A stretch of DNA of 64,000 bases from contig JBEKIF010000013.1 of assembly GCA_050011895.1 (NCBI GenBank), forward strand, positions 27,744 to 91,743, in the 5' to 3' direction. Each line of letters starts with the position of its first letter. Positions within the stretch are counted from its first letter, which is position 1. The position numbers and the translations under genes were made by a program. Under the pieces are notes generated by a model. It saw only the letters and a program-made list of their open reading frames with translations. It had not been told where the DNA came from and did not search any database. This DNA comes from Streptosporangiaceae bacterium. GTDB lineage: Bacteria; Actinomycetota; Actinomycetes; Streptosporangiales; Streptosporangiaceae. Shown here piece by piece: positions 8,990 to 19,164 of the stretch.

Positions 8990-10048
8990 GTGATGAGGGA
9001 CGGCCCCCCCGCGATCCATGCCGCATACCGGCACTGCGAGCAGGTGACCAGGAGTCAGGCGCGGAACTTCTCCTACGGCATCCGGCTGCTCCCGACGCCG
9101 AAGCGACGGGCCCTGTCGGCCGTCTACGCATTCGCGCGCAGGATCGACGACATCGGCGACGGCACGTTGCCGGCCGCGGACAAACTCGCCGCGCTCGCCG
9201 AGGTCCGCGCCCAGCTGACAGAGCTGGCCAGCGCCTGCGGCCGGGCTGGGCGCCCTGAGCAAGCCGGGCAGGACGATTCAGCCGGGCGGGCTGAGCGGAC
9301 CGCGCGCGCCGGGCAGGACGATTCAGCCAGGCGGGCTGGTCTTGACGATCCGGTGCTTGTCGCGCTCGCGGATGCCAGCCGCAAGTATCCGATCCCCCTC
9401 GGCGCCTTTGGCGAGCTGATCGACGGCTGCGAGGCCGACGTGCGCGGCACCGCCTACGCCAGTTTCAGCGAGCTGGAGTATTACTGCAGGTGCGTGGCAG
9501 GCTCGATCGGGCGGCTGTCACTTGGCATATTCGGCAGCCGCGAGGCCGGGGCCGCGGAGCCGCTGGCCGACGCGCTCGGCGTCGCGTTGCAGCTGACCAA
9601 CATACTCAGGGACATCCGCGAGGACTACGGCAACGGCCGGGTGTACCTGCCCGCGGATGATCTCTCGCGATTCGGCTGCACGCTCGCATCTGGCGGCCGC
9701 GACGGCCCGGGGAGTCCGGCCGGGCTGCAGGCCAGTTCAGGGCTGGAGGATCTGGTACGTTTCGAGGCGCGGCGGGCCCAGCACTGGTATGCCGTGGGCC
9801 TGCGGCTGATGCCGCTGCTTGACCGGCGGAGCGCCGCTTGCACGGGCGCCATGGCCGGTATCTACCTGCGGTTGCTTGAGCAGATCGCGGCAGAGCCTGG
9901 CGCCGCCCTGCGGGGCAGGATGTCGGTGCCGCCGCGGGCCAAGGCAATGGTGGCCGTGAGGTCGCTGGCCGGCCTGGCGCCCCGGCCCGCTGGCCGCGGC
10001 GGGACGGCCGGGCCGGACACGATGACCATCGAGGGGGCTCGGCCATGA
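8990..10048 (+). CDS. hpnD: Presqualene diphosphate synthase HpnD
   Basis: Has YRHCEQVTRSQARNFSYGIRLLP, YAFARRIDDIGD and YCRCVAGSIGRLSL motifs. It is the second squalene/phytoene synthase paralog, immediately after hpnC, and carries an in-frame tandem-repeat insertion (AGQDDSAGRAERTARAGQDDSARRAG). Confidence 0.85.
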   Translation: MMRDGPPAIHAAYRHCEQVTRSQARNFSYGIRLLPTPKRRALSAVYAFARRIDDIGDGTLPAADKLAALAEVRAQLTELASACGRAGRPEQAGQDDSAGRAERTARAGQDDSARRAGLDDPVLVALADASRKYPIPLGAFGELIDGCEADVRGTAYASFSELEYYCRCVAGSIGRLSLGIFGSREAGAAEPLADALGVALQLTNILRDIREDYGNGRVYLPADDLSRFGCTLASGGRDGPGSPAGLQASSGLEDLVRFEARRAQHWYAVGLRLMPLLDRRSAACTGAMAGIYLRLLEQIAAEPGAALRGRMSVPPRAKAMVAVRSLAGLAPRPAGRGGTAGPDTMTIEGARP

Positions 10049-11616
10049 CAGCTCGCACCGTGGTTGTCATCGGCGGCGGCCTGGCCGGCGTGACCGCAGC
10101 CATCGCGCTGCGTGAGGCAGGCATGGGCGTCACGCTGGTGGAGGCCCGGCCGTGGCTGGGCGGGGCAACGTGTTCCTTCTCCCGCGGCGGGCTGGTCATC
10201 GACAATGGCCAGCACGTGTTCCTGCGGTGCTGCACGGCCTACCGGGAGCTGCTGGCGAGGCTCGGCATGACGGGCTCCGCCACCATCCAGGAACGTTTTG
10301 ACGTCACCGTGCTGTCCGGGAGCGGCCGTGGCACACGTGGCCTAGGTGACCCCGCCGGTGCTGGCCGCGGCGCGGCTGCCGGCGGCGGTCCGGGCCAGGC
10401 CAGGCTACGGCGGACCGCGCTGCCTGGTCCGCTGCACATGGGCAAGGCGCTGTCCGGTTACTCCTTCCTTACCCCGGCGGAACGGCTCCAGGTGATCCGC
10501 GCCGCGCTCGCCATGCGGTTTGCCGATCCTGCCGCGGCCGAGCTGGACCGCCAGCGGCTCGGCGACTGGCTCGCCGCCAGGGGCCAAAGCGAGCGAGCCC
10601 GGCGCAGGCTGTGGGACCTCTTCATCGTCTCGGCGCTGAACATCAATGGCGACGACGCGAGCACGGCGCTGGCGGCGACCGTGATCAAGAAGGCACTGCT
10701 TGGCGGCAGGGCCGCGGCGGACGTCGGCGTGCCGGCCGTGCCGCTCGGCGAACTGCACGGGCGGGCCGCGGCCAGCCTGCTGGGCAGGCTCGGCGCGAAC
10801 GTGCGGCTCGGGACCAAGGTGACAGCGGTCGAGGCGGGGCCAGGCGGCGGGTTCCAGGTCCGGATCAGCTCGGGTACCGATGCGGCGGCCAGCAGGCCTG
10901 ATGGCGAGGAACCGGCTGGCGGCGCGGATGACCCGGTCGAGCGGCTGCCCGGCGATGGTGCAGGCACGCCCGGCAGCACGAACGGCGCGGTGATCAGCGC
11001 GGACGCGGTGGTGCTCGCGGTCCCGCACGGGCCGGCCGCACGCCTCGTGCCGGCCGCCGCGGCCAGCGGCTCCGCGCGGTGGGCGGAACTCGGTGCGGTC
11101 CCGATCGTGAACGTGCACGTCATCTACGACAGCAGGGTAACCAGGCTGCCGCTGGCCGCTGCGGTCGATTCGCCGGTTCAGTGGGTGTTCGACAAGACCA
11201 GGCCGGCAGGCGTGCAGACGGGCCAGTACCTGGCGGTGTCCGTATCTGCCGCGGACAGCTACATCGACGCCCCGGTCGCGAGGCTGCGGGAGCTGTTCCT
11301 GCCTGCGCTCGAAGAGCTCTTCCCCGCGGCGCGAGATGCCCGCGTTACCGATTTCTTTGTCACCAGGGAGCGGCGGGCGACGTTCCGCCAGGGACCAGGC
11401 TGCGGGTCGCTCCGCCCGGGCGCCGCGACCTCGTTGCCCGGATTCGCGCTTGCGGGCGCATGGACCGATACCGGCTGGCCAGACACGATGGAGGGTGCCG
11501 TGCGAAGCGGACACAGCGCTGCACAGGAACTGATCCGCCAGCTAACTGCCGTGCCTGCAGCGCAGCAGGCAGTTCCGGCGACCGCCGCGCAGGCGCCGGT
11601 CCGGGTCTCGTCATGA
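10045..11616 (+). CDS. hpnE: Hydroxysqualene dehydrogenase HpnE (FAD-dependent amine-oxidase family)
   Basis: Rossmann motif VVVIGGGLAGVTAAIAL at the N-terminus and conserved cluster position. It overlaps the hpnD stop by 4 bp. Confidence 0.85.
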   Translation: MTARTVVVIGGGLAGVTAAIALREAGMGVTLVEARPWLGGATCSFSRGGLVIDNGQHVFLRCCTAYRELLARLGMTGSATIQERFDVTVLSGSGRGTRGLGDPAGAGRGAAAGGGPGQARLRRTALPGPLHMGKALSGYSFLTPAERLQVIRAALAMRFADPAAAELDRQRLGDWLAARGQSERARRRLWDLFIVSALNINGDDASTALAATVIKKALLGGRAAADVGVPAVPLGELHGRAAASLLGRLGANVRLGTKVTAVEAGPGGGFQVRISSGTDAAASRPDGEEPAGGADDPVERLPGDGAGTPGSTNGAVISADAVVLAVPHGPAARLVPAAAASGSARWAELGAVPIVNVHVIYDSRVTRLPLAAAVDSPVQWVFDKTRPAGVQTGQYLAVSVSAADSYIDAPVARLRELFLPALEELFPAARDARVTDFFVTRERRATFRQGPGCGSLRPGAATSLPGFALAGAWTDTGWPDTMEGAVRSGHSAAQELIRQLTAVPAAQQAVPATAAQAPVRVSS

Positions 11617-12644
11617 CGGCCACGATCCCGGTGGGCGTCGAGGCAGCCCGCGACCTGGTCGGGCCGGCCTTCGGTGCGGCCCTTGAGCGGCTGAGCCCGG
11701 AAGTTCGCGTCGTCGCTGCCTATCACCTCGGATTCGGCGACGCGGACGGCAATCCGGCCGGGACTGACGGCCGTTCCGGTGCCGCGGGCAAGGCGCTTCG
11801 TCCCGCGCTCGCGCTGCTGTCGGCGCGGGCTGCGGGTGCCGCGCCGGAGCGTGCGGTCTGCGCGGCGGCGGCCGTCGAGTTCGTGCACAACTTCTCGCTG
11901 CTGCATGACGACATCATGGACGGTGACGTCGAGCGCAGGCACCGGCCGACGGCGTGGACCGTGTTCGGCACGGGTGCGGCCATCCTGGCCGGCGACGCCC
12001 TGCTCGCCCTGGCCCAGGATCTGCTGCTTGAGGGGCCCGCGCCGCAAAACCTGTGGGCGTCCCGCTGCCTGTCGGCCGCCGTCCAGCGGCTCATTGCCGG
12101 ACAGGGTGCCGACCTGGCCTTTGAGCGGCGCGATGACGTGTCCCTCGCCCAGTGCCTGGAAATGGCCGGGGACAAGACAGCCGCGCTGATGGCCTGCGCG
12201 TGCAGCATCGGCGCCATCTACGTCGGCGCCCCGCCGGCCCTGGCCATGGGACTGGCCGGTTTCGGCGCGCACGTCGGCCTGGCGTTTCAGCTCACTGACG
12301 ACCTGCTGGGCATCTGGGGCGCCGCCGAGACGACCGGCAAGCCGGTCCGGTCCGACCTGCGGGCCAGGAAGAAGTCGCTGCCCGTGGTCGCGGCACTGAC
12401 CAGCGGGACGCCGGAAGGCACTGAACTAGGCGCGCTGCTGGCCCGAGCCGAGCCACTCGATGAGGATGACCTGCTGCGCGCCGCGGACCTGGTCGCGACC
12501 GCGGGCGGGAAGAGCTGGACGGAGGCCGAAGCCGACGTGCAGCTGGCCTCGGCGAGCAAGTGCCTGGCCGAGACGGACATGCCGGACGATGTGCGGGCGG
12601 AGTTCACGGGGATCGCCGAGTTCATCACGGCGCGCCAATGGTGA
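11613..12644 (+). CDS. Polyprenyl diphosphate synthase (FPP/GGPP synthase family; HopD-like)
   Basis: Two aspartate-rich motifs, LLHDDIMDG and FQLTDDLLGIWG. The ATG at 11613 overlaps the hpnE stop (tcATGA). The ORF track starts at 11079, but that upstream part lies inside hpnE in another frame. Confidence 0.8.
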   Translation: MTATIPVGVEAARDLVGPAFGAALERLSPEVRVVAAYHLGFGDADGNPAGTDGRSGAAGKALRPALALLSARAAGAAPERAVCAAAAVEFVHNFSLLHDDIMDGDVERRHRPTAWTVFGTGAAILAGDALLALAQDLLLEGPAPQNLWASRCLSAAVQRLIAGQGADLAFERRDDVSLAQCLEMAGDKTAALMACACSIGAIYVGAPPALAMGLAGFGAHVGLAFQLTDDLLGIWGAAETTGKPVRSDLRARKKSLPVVAALTSGTPEGTELGALLARAEPLDEDDLLRAADLVATAGGKSWTEAEADVQLASASKCLAETDMPDDVRAEFTGIAEFITARQW

Positions 12645-12681
12645 CAGGCCTGGAGAGCAGCGAGATGACGGTGCTTCCCAT

Positions 12682-14796
12682 ATGACGGTGACGCAGGCCC
12701 GCCCGGCCGTGCAGGCCACGCAGGAGGCTGCGCGGACGGCGCTTGACCGGGCCGCCGGTCACCTGTCCGGCCTCCAGCATGAGCGCGGCTGGTGGCAGGG
12801 GGAGCTGGAAACCAACGTCACGATGGACGCGGAGGACCTGCTGCTCCGCGAGTTCCTCGGCGTGCGGACGGCGGAGCAGACCGCGGCGGCCGCCAGGTGG
12901 ATCAGGTCCAAGCAGCGGCCGGACGGGACCTGGGCCAACTACTACGACGGCACCCCCGACCTGTCCACCACGGTCGAGGCTTACGTGGCGCTGCGGCTGG
13001 CCGGCGACCCGCCAGGCGCAGCTCACATGGCCCGCGCCGCCAGCTGGATCACTGAGCGCGGCGGGATCGCGGCAACGCGCGTCTTCACCCGTATCTGGCT
13101 GGCCCTGTTCGGCGAATGGCCGTGGGATGACCTGCCGGTCATGCCACCGGAGATGATCTACCTGCCGACCTGGTTCCCGCTGAATGTGTACGACTGGGGG
13201 TGCTGGGCGCGGCAGACAATCGTCCCGCTGACCATCGTCGGCTCGCTGCGCCCGGTGCGGCCGCTGCCCTTCGGCCTCGACGAGTTGCGAGCCGGTGACT
13301 CGCGCCGGCCGGCCAGGCGCGGCTCGCGGGCCGGCTGGGCCGGGCTGTTCAACGGCATTGACCGGGGGCTGCACGTCTATCAGCGCTACGGCCTCAGGGC
13401 CGGGCCGGCGCGCGCGGCCAGGACGGCGGCCCTTCGCCGGTGCGCGGAATGGATAGTCGCGCGGCAAGAGCGGGACGGCTGCTGGGGCGGAATCCAGCCG
13501 CCGTGGGTCTACTCGCTGATCGCGCTCCACCTGCTGGGCTACGGGCTCGATCATCCCGTCATCCAGCGCGGTCTCGCGGGCCTGGACCGCTTCACCGTCT
13601 GGGAGGAGACCGCCGAGGGGCCGGTGCGCAGGCTGGAAGCATGCCAGTCGCCAGTCTGGGACACGGTGCTCGCGATGATCGCCCTCGCCGATGCGGGGCT
13701 GCCGCCAGACCATCCGGCGCTCCGGTCGGCGGCGCGGTGGGTGCTCGAGGAGGAGATCCGCGGGCCCGGCGACTGGCAGGTACGTCGGCCCGGGCTGGAA
13801 CCGGCCGGATGGGCATTCGAGTTCGACAATGACGGCTATCCCGACGTCGATGACACGGCGGAGGTGCTGCTGGCGCTGCGGCGGGTGGCGCTCACGGGCC
13901 ACCTGGGCTCAGCTGACGCCATGGAGCGGGCGGCTCGCTGGCTCACCGGGATGCAGTGCCGTGACGGCGGCTGGGCCGCCTTTGACGCGGACAACACCGG
14001 CACGCTGGTGACCAAGCTGCCGTTCTGTGACTTCGGCGAGGTCACCGATCCGCCGTCGGCTGACGTGACCGCGCACACCATCGAGGCCCTGGCAGCGGCA
14101 GGCCTGGCCGGGAGCAAGGCAGTGCGCAGGGGAGTGGCGTGGCTGCTGCGGGCCCAGGAGAGCGACGGTTCATGGTTCGGGCGCTGGGGCGCCAACTACC
14201 TGTACGGGACCGGTGCCGTGGTGCCCGCGCTGATCGCCGCCGGCGTGCTGCCAGGCAAGCCGCCGATCCAGCGGGCCATCGCGTGGCTGACCGCGCACCA
14301 GAATCCCGATGGCGGCTGGGGCGAGGACCTGCGTTCGTATGAGGACACAAGCCGGGCCGGCCGTGGCCCGTCGACCGCCTCGCAGACGGCGTGGGCGCTG
14401 CTGGCGCTGCTGGCCGTCGGAACGGCCGGAGGGGATGAGGCCGCGGTCAGCGTTGACCGGGGGGTGCGCTGGCTCGCCGAGACCCAGCGGCCGGACGGAA
14501 GCTGGGACGAGCCCCAGTACACCGGGACCGGGTTCCCCGGCGACTTCTACATCAACTATCACCTGTACCGGCTGGTCTTCCCGGTCAGCGCGCTTGGCAG
14601 GTTCCTGGGCGCCGCGGACCCGGCAGGCCAGGGCCCGCCCGGCCAGGAACCCCCCGGCCGAGGTCTGGGGGCTCCTGGGGTTGCGGGACGGGGGCTGGCC
14701 GGGCAGGAGCTTGCCGGGCAGGGGCTTGCGGACAACGAAGCAGCGGACCAGGGGCACGGATCAGCCGGCTACCGAGCAGCGGGCGGTGCGGCATGA
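12682..14796 (+). CDS. shc: Squalene-hopene cyclase (Shc/HpnF)
   Basis: Catalytic [10 protein letters not shown] (DxDD) motif and multiple QW repeats ([34 protein letters not shown]). The start was moved to the internal Met (MTVTQARP) because upstream ORF residues are Arg/Pro-rich overlap with the previous gene. It has an unusual ~60-aa Pro/Gly-rich C-terminal tail. Confidence 0.9.
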   Translation: MTVTQARPAVQATQEAARTALDRAAGHLSGLQHERGWWQGELETNVTMDAEDLLLREFLGVRTAEQTAAAARWIRSKQRPDGTWANYYDGTPDLSTTVEAYVALRLAGDPPGAAHMARAASWITERGGIAATRVFTRIWLALFGEWPWDDLPVMPPEMIYLPTWFPLNVYDWGCWARQTIVPLTIVGSLRPVRPLPFGLDELRAGDSRRPARRGSRAGWAGLFNGIDRGLHVYQRYGLRAGPARAARTAALRRCAEWIVARQERDGCWGGIQPPWVYSLIALHLLGYGLDHPVIQRGLAGLDRFTVWEETAEGPVRRLEACQSPVWDTVLAMIALADAGLPPDHPALRSAARWVLEEEIRGPGDWQVRRPGLEPAGWAFEFDNDGYPDVDDTAEVLLALRRVALTGHLGSADAMERAARWLTGMQCRDGGWAAFDADNTGTLVTKLPFCDFGEVTDPPSADVTAHTIEALAAAGLAGSKAVRRGVAWLLRAQESDGSWFGRWGANYLYGTGAVVPALIAAGVLPGKPPIQRAIAWLTAHQNPDGGWGEDLRSYEDTSRAGRGPSTASQTAWALLALLAVGTAGGDEAAVSVDRGVRWLAETQRPDGSWDEPQYTGTGFPGDFYINYHLYRLVFPVSALGRFLGAADPAGQGPPGQEPPGRGLGAPGVAGRGLAGQELAGQGLADNEAADQGHGSAGYRAAGGAA

Positions 14797-16340
14797 GCCC
14801 GGCCGCTGTGAGCAGGCCGGATGCGGCAGGCCGCTTGGTCGTCTGCTCGCCGCTGCGGCTGGAGGCCCGGGCGGTGCGTCGCGGCATCGGTGACAACGGC
14901 GAGGTCCTGCGGACCGGCTTCGGCGGCAGGAGATCCCTCGTAGCGGCCGACCGGCTGCGTGGCTCTGCGTTCGGGATGCTGGCGATCAGCGGTACTGGCG
15001 GGGGGCTTTCAGCAGACCTCAAGCCCGGTGATCTTGTGGTGGGGGCGGAGGTGGGCGCGCAAGGCAGCTCGCCAGCGGCCGCGCTCAGCTGCCCGTCGGC
15101 CCCGCTGCTGGCCGGCGAGCTGCGGCGGGCGGGCCTGCGTGCCCAGGCCGGCAAGATCGTCACTGTCGACCACCTGGTCCGCAGGTCAGAGCGGGCTCGG
15201 CTGGCCAGCGATGGCGCCGTCGCCGCTGACATGGAGTCCGCGATGCTGCTGACGGCTGCGGGCGGCCGCCCGTCGGTCGTGGTCCGGGCGGTCTCTGACA
15301 CCCCGGAGTGGCCGCTGCTGAGCCCGCGGGCGCTGGCAGGCGGCGCAGCGGCGCTCCGGTCGCTGAGGCTGGCTGGCCCCGTTCTGACCAGGTGGGCAGC
15401 CGCGGGCGGCCAGCGGCGCGTGCTGCTGGCCGGTCCGCGGTCATTCTGCGCCGGGGTGGAGCGGGCGATCGAGATCGTCGACCGGATGCTGGACCGGCGC
15501 GCCCAGCCGGTCTACGTCCGAAAGCAGATCGTGCACAACTCCCATGTGGTGACCGGCCTCGAGCGGCGCGGCGCGGTCTTCGTCGATGAGCTGAGCGAGG
15601 TACCCGACGACGCGACCGTGGTGTTCTCCGCGCACGGGGTGTCGCAGGCGGTGCGGACCGAGGCCGCGCGTCGCGGGCTCGACGCGATCGACGCGACCTG
15701 CCCGCTGGTCGCGAAGGTGCACGCCGAGGCCCGCCGGTTCGTGGCCGAGGGTTACCAGGTAGTCCTGATCGGCCATGCCGGGCACGAGGAGGTCGACGGC
15801 ACGCTCGGCGAGGCGCCCGGCGCCATAGTGCTGGTCGAGAGCGTCGAGGACGTGGCCAGGCTGCGGCCGGCCGACCCGGCCAAGATCGCCTACCTGATGC
15901 AGACGACGCTGTCCGCCGACGAGGCCCGCGAGATCGTCGACGCGCTGCATGAGAGGTTCCCCGCGGCCCGCGGACCGGGCAGCGACGACATCTGCTACGC
16001 CACGACCAACCGGCAGCTGGGGGTCCGCGCCGTGGCCCGCGAGGCCGACCTGGTGCTTGTCGCCGGCTCGGCCAACTCATCCAACTCGGTTCGCCTGGTC
16101 GAGACCGCGCAGCGGGCTGGCACCCCGGCATACCTCATCGACGGCCCGGAAGACATCGAGCTCAGCTGGCTCGCCGGGGCGTCCGTAGTCGGGGTTACCG
16201 CAGGAGCGTCCGCGCCGCCCGCGGCGGTCGGGCAGATCGTCGCGGCCCTCTCCGGTCTCGGCCCCATCGAGGTCAGCGAGCGCATCGTCGCCACCGAGTC
16301 CATCCGGTTCAGCCTTCCCAAGGAGGTCAGGCCAGCATGA
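14793..16340 (+). CDS. ispH: In-frame fusion of an HpnG-like nucleosidase (PNP/MTA-nucleosidase fold) with 4-hydroxy-3-methylbut-2-enyl diphosphate reductase IspH (LytB)
   Basis: The first ~205 aa resemble a hopanoid-associated nucleosidase ([16 protein letters not shown]...[14 protein letters not shown]). The rest is IspH ([43 protein letters not shown]). There is a single ORF with no stop or frameshift at the junction (..[24 protein letters not shown]..). Confidence 0.75.
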   Translation: MSPAAVSRPDAAGRLVVCSPLRLEARAVRRGIGDNGEVLRTGFGGRRSLVAADRLRGSAFGMLAISGTGGGLSADLKPGDLVVGAEVGAQGSSPAAALSCPSAPLLAGELRRAGLRAQAGKIVTVDHLVRRSERARLASDGAVAADMESAMLLTAAGGRPSVVVRAVSDTPEWPLLSPRALAGGAAALRSLRLAGPVLTRWAAAGGQRRVLLAGPRSFCAGVERAIEIVDRMLDRRAQPVYVRKQIVHNSHVVTGLERRGAVFVDELSEVPDDATVVFSAHGVSQAVRTEAARRGLDAIDATCPLVAKVHAEARRFVAEGYQVVLIGHAGHEEVDGTLGEAPGAIVLVESVEDVARLRPADPAKIAYLMQTTLSADEAREIVDALHERFPAARGPGSDDICYATTNRQLGVRAVAREADLVLVAGSANSSNSVRLVETAQRAGTPAYLIDGPEDIELSWLAGASVVGVTAGASAPPAAVGQIVAALSGLGPIEVSERIVATESIRFSLPKEVRPA

Positions 16341-17338
16341 CCATGCCACTGCGCCAGAGCGTGCGCGTCGGCGCCTACCTGATGCGCCAGCGGCTAGCCA
16401 GGCGGGAGAAGTTCCCGCTGCTCGTCGAGCTTGAACCGTTGTTCGCCTGCAATCTCGCCTGCGCCGGCTGCGGCAAGATCCAGCACCCGGCCAGCGTGCT
16501 GAAGCAGCGGATGCCGGTGGAGCAGGCGCTCGCTGCCATCGAGGAATGCGGCGCGCCGATGGTGTCGATCGCCGGCGGCGAGCCGCTCATGCACCCCGAG
16601 ATCGACAAGCTCGTCGCAGAGCTGATCAAGCGAAAGAAGTACGTGTTCCTGTGCACGAATGCGCTGCTCATCCCTAAGAAGCTGGACAAGTTCACGCCGT
16701 CGCGCTACTTCGCCTGGGCGGTCCACATCGACGGGCTGGCCGAGCGGCACGACGCGTCGGTGTGCAAGGACGGCGTCTTCGACGATGCCGTCGCCGCGAT
16801 CAGGGAGTGCCAGCGGCGCGGCTTCCGGGTGACCACGAACACGACCTTCTTCAACACCGACACCCCGCAGACCGTCATCGACGTACTCGACTACCTCAAC
16901 GACGACCTCAAGGTCGACGAGATGATGATCTCCCCGGCGTATGCCTACGAGAAGGCACCCGACCAGGAGCATTTCCTCGGCGTCACGGAGACCCGCGAGC
17001 TGTTCCGCAAGGCGTTCGGCGACGGCAACAGGAAGCGGTGGCGGCTCAACCACTCACCGCTGTTCCTGGACTTCCTCGAAGGCAAGGCCGACTTCTCCTG
17101 CACCGCGTGGGGGATCCCGTCGTATTCGCTGTTCGGCTGGCAGCGGCCGTGCTACCTGATGAACGACGGGTACGCCAAGACCTACCAGGAGCTGGTCGAG
17201 ACCACCGACTGGTCAAAGTACGGCCGCGGGGCCGACCCCAGGTGCGCGAACTGCATGGCGCATTGCGGGTATGAGCCGTCCGCCGTGCTCGCCACGATGG
17301 GGTCGCTGCGGCAGTCGATCCGGGCGCTGCGCGGCTGA
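16337..17338 (+). CDS. hpnH: Adenosylhopane synthase HpnH (radical SAM)
   Basis: [14 protein letters not shown] (CxxxCxxC radical-SAM cluster motif) and a C-terminal Cys-rich region ([12 protein letters not shown]). It lies immediately after ispH, as in Streptomyces hopanoid clusters. Confidence 0.85.
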   Translation: MTMPLRQSVRVGAYLMRQRLARREKFPLLVELEPLFACNLACAGCGKIQHPASVLKQRMPVEQALAAIEECGAPMVSIAGGEPLMHPEIDKLVAELIKRKKYVFLCTNALLIPKKLDKFTPSRYFAWAVHIDGLAERHDASVCKDGVFDDAVAAIRECQRRGFRVTTNTTFFNTDTPQTVIDVLDYLNDDLKVDEMMISPAYAYEKAPDQEHFLGVTETRELFRKAFGDGNRKRWRLNHSPLFLDFLEGKADFSCTAWGIPSYSLFGWQRPCYLMNDGYAKTYQELVETTDWSKYGRGADPRCANCMAHCGYEPSAVLATMGSLRQSIRALRG

Positions 17339-17380
17339 CACGGCGCTGCTGGCACGGCGCTGCTGGCACGGCGCTGCTGG
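17339..17380. repeat. 14-bp direct repeat x3 (acggcgctgctggc) immediately after the hpnH stop
   Basis: Read directly: cacggcgctgctggcacggcgctgctggcacggcgctgctgg. Confidence 0.6.
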
Positions 17381-17383
17381 GCA

Positions 17384-19075
17384 GTGTCCGCTGCTGCCTG
17401 CCAATCCATGGAGGCCCGACTCGTGACCCCTCGCAACACCCCGCCGCTGCTGGCGCCTTCGGCCGGCCCGGTCGCGGCCGCGGATGCCGGGACCGTCGGG
17501 GGGCCGCCGTTCGACGGCGGCCCGTTGTGGATGCGGGTGGTGCCGTCGCTGGTCATGCTCGGCTTGGCCCTGTGGGACATCACCGGGCCCTCCTACTGGC
17601 GGGACGAGGGCGCGACGCTGGCCGCGGTGCAACGCCCCTTCGGCCAGCTGGTGCGGATGATGGGCCACGTCGATGGGGTGCACGGCGTCTACTACATGAT
17701 CATCTGGCCGCTGGTGCGGGTGGCCGGCACCGGCGAGCTCGTCACCCGGCTGCCGTCGGCCCTGGCGATGGCGGTGGCGGCTGGGCTGGTGGCCGCGATC
17801 GGCCGGCGGCTCGTATCGCTGCCCGCCGGGCTGGCCGCCGGCCTGGTCTTCGCGGTGCTGCCGCAGATCAGCCTCTACGGGCAGGACGCCAGGTCCTATG
17901 CGATGGTGACCGCGTTCGGGACAGCGGGGAGCTACCTGCTGCTGCGGGCGATCGGCGCCCCGGGCCGCCGGCGGGGCTGGCTGGCCGGATACGCGGCGTG
18001 CATGGCAGCGATGGGCGCCCTGAATATCTTCGGGATCCTGCTGCTCGCGGCGCATGCGGTGACGGTCGCGCTGGCCTGCCTGCGCCGGGACGACGGCCGG
18101 GTCCGGTTGTCGGTGGCCGGGCTGCGCGGCGGGGAGGGCAGGGAGGGCGGGAAAAGCAGGGAGGGCGGCGGGGCCGTCAGGTCGCTGGCGCTCGGCTGGC
18201 TGGCCGCGGCCGCAGTGGCAGTGTTCGTGGCCAGCCCGGTACTCCTGCTCGGCATCGAGCAGCGCGGCGCGGTCAGCTGGATCAAGGCCCCGGGACCTCG
18301 CACGGTTGCGACCCTGTGGCAGCTGGTGGGGCCGCAGGCCATGGTCATCGCCATTTGCCTGCTAGCCGGCTGCGGGCTGGCGGCCAGCGCGCTCGCGGGC
18401 CGGGTGGCACTGCGGGCCAGCTGGCCGGCGATGCTGCCCGTGCTATCCGTTCCGTGGCTGCTGGTTCCTCCGGCGCTGCTGATCGGTGTCTCTTTCGCGC
18501 TGCCGCTCTACGTGCCCCGCTACATCCTGTACTGCCTGCCTGCGGTGGCGCTGCTGGCGGGCGCGGGGCTGGCCGCGCTCGGCCAGGCCGTCGGCACCGG
18601 GCTCGGCCGGGCGCCCGAGGCTGGGCTTGCCGCGCTCGGCTGGGCGACCGGCGCGGCCGCGCTGGCCGTGATCGCGGTGCTCGGATTCGGCGTACAGGTC
18701 AGCGAGCGCGGCCCGGCCGGCCACAACGACAACATCCGCCGCGGCGACCAGATCGTGGCGGCCAACATGCGGCGAGGCGACGCCGTCCTCTATGAGACAT
18801 TTGACAATCTCTGGGCCGCCTATCCGTACGGGCTGGCCAGGCTCGCCGACATCGCCCAGTACCAGACGCCTGCCCAGTCAGCGACGCTGGCCGGGACCGT
18901 CTTGCCTCCGGCGGTGGTCCGGCAGCGGATCGCGAGCACCTCCAGGCTGTGGGTCGTCGAACTGCGCCATCGCTCGCAGGTGCCGCTCCTGCAAGGGCTT
19001 GACCTGCGGCTCATCGGGACCTGGCACACCGCCGGCTTGTGGTTGTTCCTTTACGCGCACCGCTCGGCGTTCTGA
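17384..19075 (+). CDS. GT-C superfamily membrane glycosyltransferase (PMT/ArnT-like, GT39/GT83-type), paralog 1
   Basis: A first TM helix is followed by the loop YWRDE (the DE motif diagnostic of GT-C PMT/ArnT enzymes), then multiple TM helices over ~560 aa. It contains a Gly/Arg/Glu-rich low-complexity loop (GLRGGEGREGGKSREGGG). The true start may be an internal Met. Confidence 0.7.
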   Translation: MSAAACQSMEARLVTPRNTPPLLAPSAGPVAAADAGTVGGPPFDGGPLWMRVVPSLVMLGLALWDITGPSYWRDEGATLAAVQRPFGQLVRMMGHVDGVHGVYYMIIWPLVRVAGTGELVTRLPSALAMAVAAGLVAAIGRRLVSLPAGLAAGLVFAVLPQISLYGQDARSYAMVTAFGTAGSYLLLRAIGAPGRRRGWLAGYAACMAAMGALNIFGILLLAAHAVTVALACLRRDDGRVRLSVAGLRGGEGREGGKSREGGGAVRSLALGWLAAAAVAVFVASPVLLLGIEQRGAVSWIKAPGPRTVATLWQLVGPQAMVIAICLLAGCGLAASALAGRVALRASWPAMLPVLSVPWLLVPPALLIGVSFALPLYVPRYILYCLPAVALLAGAGLAALGQAVGTGLGRAPEAGLAALGWATGAAALAVIAVLGFGVQVSERGPAGHNDNIRRGDQIVAANMRRGDAVLYETFDNLWAAYPYGLARLADIAQYQTPAQSATLAGTVLPPAVVRQRIASTSRLWVVELRHRSQVPLLQGLDLRLIGTWHTAGLWLFLYAHRSAF

Positions 19076-19164
19076 CCAGCGGGCACCGGGCATACTATGG
19101 GAGTCGCCGCCGCGCTTCGCTATGTGGTCGCTTTATGCGCCCACGCTGATCGCGGGAGGACACC

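Noticed and set aside
7990-17338. Calling the hopanoid cluster complete for aminobacteriohopanetriol
   Set aside because: hpnO (aminotransferase), ispG and dxs are not in this window and were replaced after hpnH by GT-C genes. Only the hpnC-D-E / polyprenyl synthase / shc / hpnG-ispH / hpnH core can be asserted.
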